Shown here: piece by piece, positions 60,109-64,000 of the stretch
Layout: each line of letters opens with the position of its first letter
How positions within the stretch are numbered: position 1 is the stretch's first letter
DNA from: Chrysiogenia bacterium
GTDB taxonomy: Bacteria; Acidobacteriota; Aminicenantia; UBA2199
Length of the DNA: 64,000 bases
NCBI GenBank assembly: GCA_043826505.1
Contig: JBDRQC010000004.1
Location: 315,419-379,418, forward strand
Direction: 5' to 3'
Notes under the pieces: generated by a model
Databases searched by the model: none
What the model was told of the DNA's origin: nothing
The model's input: only the letters and a program-made list of their open reading frames with translations
Translations under genes and position numbers: made by a program

Positions 60109-61579
60109 TTATATATTCAAGGTGGCGATCTGTCTCGCCGCCGGCTACCTTTTCTACCATTTCCTGCTGCGCAACGACGTCAACTTCCTGGGCAACCGCC
60201 TGTTCCTGCTATTCATGATGCCCCTTTCCTTCCTGCTGCCCCTGGCCCCGCTGCAGTCGCCCTTCCGCTCCCTGACCATCAATCCCGACGTGCTCGCCGC
60301 CCTGCCGGCAGTCGAGACCCCGGCGGCCCCGTCGTTGGCCTCGATCATTGTTATCCTTTACTGGACGGGCGCAGCGCTCCTCTTGCTGCGCATTTTCTTT
60401 CATTTGTTCCACCTCTACCGCCTGCAGCACAGCCACCCCAGCGAACGGCTGCGCAACGTCACCCTGGTCAGGGTGGCAGCGCCCATTCCGCCCTTTTCCT
60501 TCTTCAACCGCATTTTTCTGCACACGACAAAAAACTCCGACGCCGGGGAGATCGAGCAGATCATCTCCCATGAATCGGTGCACATCCGCCAGCTCCACTC
60601 CCTCGACATCCTGGTCATGGAAGTGGTGGCGGCCCTGCAGTGGTTCAACCCGGTTGTCTGGTTCTATAAAAAGGCCCTTAAAGAGACTCATGAGTACCTG
60701 GCCGACCGCGAAGTCATTGCGCAAGGCTTCAGCCCGGACGGTTATAGACTGCTGCTGTTCGAACAGCAATTCGGCGCCAAACTGTTCGAATTTGCCAGCC
60801 ATCTCAAGCAATCGCAAATCAAAAGGAGGATGTTCATGATGAACAGAATGAAAACAGCGGGTAAAGCCCCGTACAAGATCATTTTGGCGCTGCCCCTGAT
60901 CGCCCTGCTGGCTCTGGCCTGGGCCAAGCCGCGGCTGATCATTGCCCAAGGCGCACCTGCGGATGACAAGCAGGAAGTAGCGCAGAAGCAGGACAAGCCG
61001 GCCATGAGCGAGCAGGAGCTCAAGGATCTCCAGGTCAAGCTCGAGGAAAAGGCGAAGGTTCTCGAGGAAAAGCTCAATTCGGCGACCGATCCCGAGGAGA
61101 AGCAGAAGCTGAAGCAATCGCTCGACAACGTTTACAAGAAGCGCCAGTACGTGATGACCGAGCTGGGCCTGGCACCGAAAGAAGCGGCCAAGGCCGACAA
61201 GCAGCTGGATGAGGAGAAGCTCAAAAAGCTGATGCTCAAGCTCGATGAAAAGGAGAAGACCCTCAAGGAGCTGTACAGCAGCGCCGACACTCCCGAAAAA
61301 AAGGAAAAGAGCAAGCAGGACCTGGACACGTTCTACAAGAAGCGCCAGGCCCTACTCACCCAGTACGGCGTCGCCAAGACAAGCAAGGCGCCGAGCAAGG
61401 AAGAGCTGGAGAAGAAACTGCAGAAGGTCAAGGAAATACGCCTGAAGCTCAAGCAGGCGATCGCCGAGGAAAAGGACCAGGAAAAGCTCAAGGAACTCAA
61501 GCTGAAATTCAAGGAACTCGGCGAGCTCGAAGAAAAGCTGAAGATCAAGCTCGACGAGAGCTCCCCAAAACGCCCCTAG
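60089..61579 (+). CDS. BlaR1-like M56 metallopeptidase with repetitive coiled-coil extracytoplasmic domain
   Basis: PFSFF, HESVH (HExxH), WFNP, HEYLAD, IKRR; C-terminal Lys/Glu-rich repeats. Confidence 0.9.
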   Translation: MGMQLIDYIFKVAICLAAGYLFYHFLLRNDVNFLGNRLFLLFMMPLSFLLPLAPLQSPFRSLTINPDVLAALPAVETPAAPSLASIIVILYWTGAALLLLRIFFHLFHLYRLQHSHPSERLRNVTLVRVAAPIPPFSFFNRIFLHTTKNSDAGEIEQIISHESVHIRQLHSLDILVMEVVAALQWFNPVVWFYKKALKETHEYLADREVIAQGFSPDGYRLLLFEQQFGAKLFEFASHLKQSQIKRRMFMMNRMKTAGKAPYKIILALPLIALLALAWAKPRLIIAQGAPADDKQEVAQKQDKPAMSEQELKDLQVKLEEKAKVLEEKLNSATDPEEKQKLKQSLDNVYKKRQYVMTELGLAPKEAAKADKQLDEEKLKKLMLKLDEKEKTLKELYSSADTPEKKEKSKQDLDTFYKKRQALLTQYGVAKTSKAPSKEELEKKLQKVKEIRLKLKQAIAEEKDQEKLKELKLKFKELGELEEKLKIKLDESSPKRP

Positions 61580-61593
61580 AAGAAATGTACCAT

Positions 61594-61627
61594 GTGCCGG
61601 GGCGGTTTTCTAAAAACCGCCCCGCAC
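61594..61627. terminator. Hairpin after the M56 gene
   Basis: GTGC-CGGGGCGGTTTT / AAAACCGCCCCG-CAC inverted repeat. Confidence 0.65.
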
Positions 61628-61632
61628 AACCC

Positions 61633-61776
61633 ATTATTGAGTTCAAACGCAAAACGGTCCTCTTTAATCAATTGGACGGCAACTATAGAATCGTAGTTGG
61701 TTTGGATACTACCGGCGTAGTAACCGAATCCAACGAATCAAATAATGTCACGAATATCCCTTATAAGGTCGATTGA
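61633..61776 (+). pseudogene. Orphan C-terminal CARDB-domain fragment
   Basis: GNYRIVVGLDTTGVVTESNESNNVTNIPYKVD* resembles the end of the 48513-49331 CARDB protein; no credible start. Confidence 0.62.
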
Positions 61777-61814
61777 ATAATCATTTTTCAGCAGGGAAAG
61801 TCACAGGAACCTGC

Positions 61815-62366
61815 TTAAAAAGCATAATACATGCCGCCATAGAACTTGACGTAAGAGAGATTCTCAATTGGATCAAATATGAGTTTAAATGTGCTGCCAA
61901 CTCGGGCGCCTATTCTTTTGCCCAGAGCGAATTCCATGCCGGCACCGGCATTGAGTCCGATCTGAGAATCTGATTCGAGGGTAACGTTCCCATAGGAAGC
62001 AGTTAGGGAAGTTGAGGAAAATCCCGCCTTGACGAACATTTTTGTTTCATTTGACATTTTTATCTTATACACGCCGTTCATACTGACACCAAAAGCGGTG
62101 TTGGTGACAGATGACTTGATTGGATTGACATTAATGTCTACCTCGATCTCGCCAAATAAGTCCGGAGTGAACCCATATTGAAACCCGAATCCAATCAAAA
62201 AACCCTTAAAATCACCTGTGGCCAAACCCAGGTCAACGAAAACATTCATTCTCGATTCCTTGACAGAGGCATTTGGTTTCGGACTTTCGTTATCTTCGAT
62301 GGGCAGGGAAAAACTCAACGATACCAGCAAGAGAACAGCCAGAACGATTGGTACTACTTTTTTCAT
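61815..62366 (-). CDS. Outer-membrane 8-stranded beta-barrel protein (OmpA-like/porin family)
   Basis: Signal peptide, alternating beta strands, GLNAGAGMEF, terminal GMYYAF. Confidence 0.82.
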   Translation of the reverse strand: MKKVVPIVLAVLLLVSLSFSLPIEDNESPKPNASVKESRMNVFVDLGLATGDFKGFLIGFGFQYGFTPDLFGEIEVDINVNPIKSSVTNTAFGVSMNGVYKIKMSNETKMFVKAGFSSTSLTASYGNVTLESDSQIGLNAGAGMEFALGKRIGARVGSTFKLIFDPIENLSYVKFYGGMYYAF

Positions 62367-62506
62367 TTATCCTCCAGAACGGCATTATATCAGGATTCAT
62401 CTAAAAAGCAATTTTTGCCGAGCGCACCGTTCACAAAACGAAACGGCAGGTTTGATTTTGTCTCAAATTAGAGTAAAATACGCCCTCAATAAAAAAAGGA
62501 GAGAAA

Positions 62507-63577
62507 ATGGCACCATTGAATCTATGTCAACCTGAAAGGAAACGCCCCGATTTTTTTGGCAGAACGAAATATTTCATGATGATTCTTTTTATACTGCCTT
62601 TGCTGGTCCGGGCCGATGTCTATGAAAAAATCGACGGATTGAGTAAGAAATGCCAGGCAGGAAATATGCAGGCATGCACCGAGCTCTCCGACATTGCCAA
62701 GAACGACAAAGACGGTAATGTGCGTCTGGCGGCAGCGGCAAAGATGAGCGACAACTCCCTGGCGCAAATTATTATTGCCAGTATCGCCAAGTATGACAAA
62801 GACAGTGCAGTACGCGAGGCCGCGGTTGAAAAACTCACCGACCGGGATCTCCTGGCCAACCTGGCACAGTATAGTAAATACAGTTCTATACGCCTGGCCG
62901 CTGAAAGAAAACTCAACGGCCAGGATCTCCCTGCCGGGATGGCCAATGATGAAGAAGCGCCCGAGGAAGTCGAACCGACTATCCAGGACAACGAACCGGC
63001 AGTTACACCGGATCGCAAGCGGGAAGGGGCCGACAAGAAAATCGGTCTTTATACATTCGAACTCCCGAAAATGAAACACGCAATAGGAATAGGAATCCTG
63101 GGAATTATTGAGGCGGAGGCGCATAATTCCAATGCGCGAGCAGCCATGCCCTATTTAGCGAAACTGCGGATGGAACTCATCAAGGTTGCAGAGGCTGCTT
63201 TAAAGGACAATGTAATTTTTAATTTTATCCCGATAGAAAAACTGGAATATATGCAAGCGGACCAAATTATTCTCCCGGATATTTTTATCACAAAAAATGA
63301 TCTCCATGCATCTCTGAGCGTGAAAATAGAGAGTTGGGGAGGCAATCTGGCAATCAAAAAGAAAATGATTATGAAGATGCAATGGAAAATCAAAAACTCT
63401 TCGGGTTATGAAGTGAAAATTAAGACATATTGCAAAACCAAGGACACCTTTGGATTGTTTCCCGACCCCAACGATCCCAAGTTTGAGCCTGTTTTGGTCG
63501 AACTTGCAAAGGAGAGCACCCAGCAGCTTCTGGAAAAGCTTGCCGTATTAATTGAGGAAGACAAGAAATTGCTTTAA
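62507..63577 (+). CDS. HEAT/LRV-like repeat protein, probably exported (start uncertain)
   Basis: Repeats IAKNDKDGNVRLAAA / IAKYDKDSAVREAAV / LAQYSKYSSIRLAAE after a hydrophobic segment. Confidence 0.6.
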   Translation: MAPLNLCQPERKRPDFFGRTKYFMMILFILPLLVRADVYEKIDGLSKKCQAGNMQACTELSDIAKNDKDGNVRLAAAAKMSDNSLAQIIIASIAKYDKDSAVREAAVEKLTDRDLLANLAQYSKYSSIRLAAERKLNGQDLPAGMANDEEAPEEVEPTIQDNEPAVTPDRKREGADKKIGLYTFELPKMKHAIGIGILGIIEAEAHNSNARAAMPYLAKLRMELIKVAEAALKDNVIFNFIPIEKLEYMQADQIILPDIFITKNDLHASLSVKIESWGGNLAIKKKMIMKMQWKIKNSSGYEVKIKTYCKTKDTFGLFPDPNDPKFEPVLVELAKESTQQLLEKLAVLIEEDKKLL

Positions 63578-63622
63578 GTAGCCTGGGGCAAAAAACAATT
63601 ATTTTTTTCTTGCATTTCATGC

Positions 63623-63638
63623 CGGCATCAGGCTTGCA
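63623..63638 (+). promoter_or_regulatory. Sigma54 promoter candidate
   Basis: CGGCATCAGGCTTGCA (GG-N10-GC) upstream of the ferredoxin-subunit gene. Confidence 0.55.
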
Positions 63639-63700
63639 ACAATCGTGAATATCTGTTAAGTTAGCGTTTCGGACTCAAATTTAATGAGGAGGTCAGGCAT

Positions 63701-63904
63701 ATGCCCGAAATCCGAGTCGATGAAACCCGCTGCAAAGGATGTGAGCTGTGCGTCACGGCATGCCCCCTGAAATGCATTGCCATGTCCGAGACTTTCAGCG
63801 TGACCGGGTACTACCCGGCAAAATTGGCAAAGCTGGAGTGCTGCACCGGCTGTGGACTCTGCGCCCAGATCTGTCCCGATCTGGCCATCGAAGTGTATAA
63901 ATAG
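63701..63904 (+). CDS. 2x[4Fe-4S] ferredoxin subunit (delta) of a 2-oxoacid oxidoreductase
   Basis: CKGCELCVTACP and CTGCGLCAQICPDLAIEV; GGAGG SD. Confidence 0.9.
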   Translation: MPEIRVDETRCKGCELCVTACPLKCIAMSETFSVTGYYPAKLAKLECCTGCGLCAQICPDLAIEVYK

Positions 63905-63966
63905 CCCGGGCATTTTTTGCCCGACAAGAATCAGGGAATTGAAAAATAATAAATTGGAGAAAAAAC

Positions 63967-64000
63967 ATGGGTGAAAAGATCTTGATGAAAGGCAATGAAG
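63967..64000 (+). CDS. Start of a VorB-like 2-oxoacid oxidoreductase alpha subunit (truncated by window edge)
   Basis: MGEKILMKGNE after a GGAG SD and the delta-subunit gene. Confidence 0.7.
   Translation, partial: MGEKILMKGNE

Overview
A 64-kb bacterial chromosomal window of mixed GC content. The gene set (fhs, 2-oxoacid:ferredoxin oxidoreductases, Na+-NQR, NrfAH, alpha-2-macroglobulin/PbpC, outer-membrane barrel) points to an anaerobic diderm; Ca. Aminicenantes-like is an inference only. The left two-thirds is mostly housekeeping, envelope and energy genes: pepT, fhs, an NtrY-like kinase, tRNA-Arg(CCT), pyrK-pyrD followed by a collapsed pyrF remnant, asnS, a secreted C1 peptidase, a pilV-W-X-fimT cluster divergent from comEA, a2M-pbpC, a flippase, an SLC12/CCC-type transporter, nrfA-nrfH divergent from nqrABCDEF-apbE, and an nqrM that the ORF track missed. 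From about 43 kb to 62 kb the DNA is a mosaic of unrelated genes separated by two families of short inverted-repeat elements (GGGGTCAG/TAGACATT type and GGGGAC/GTCCCC type). Some of these elements are nested, and gene fragments lie between them. No transposase or integrase is present in the window. The most unusual items are this repeat-bordered gene-shuffling region and a co-oriented cluster encoding an FHA-transmembrane-lytic transglycosylase fusion, a YdjG-like zinc-ribbon membrane protein and an SPFH protein. No CRISPR array, rRNA or prophage was seen. All family calls are from motif recognition by eye, not database searches.
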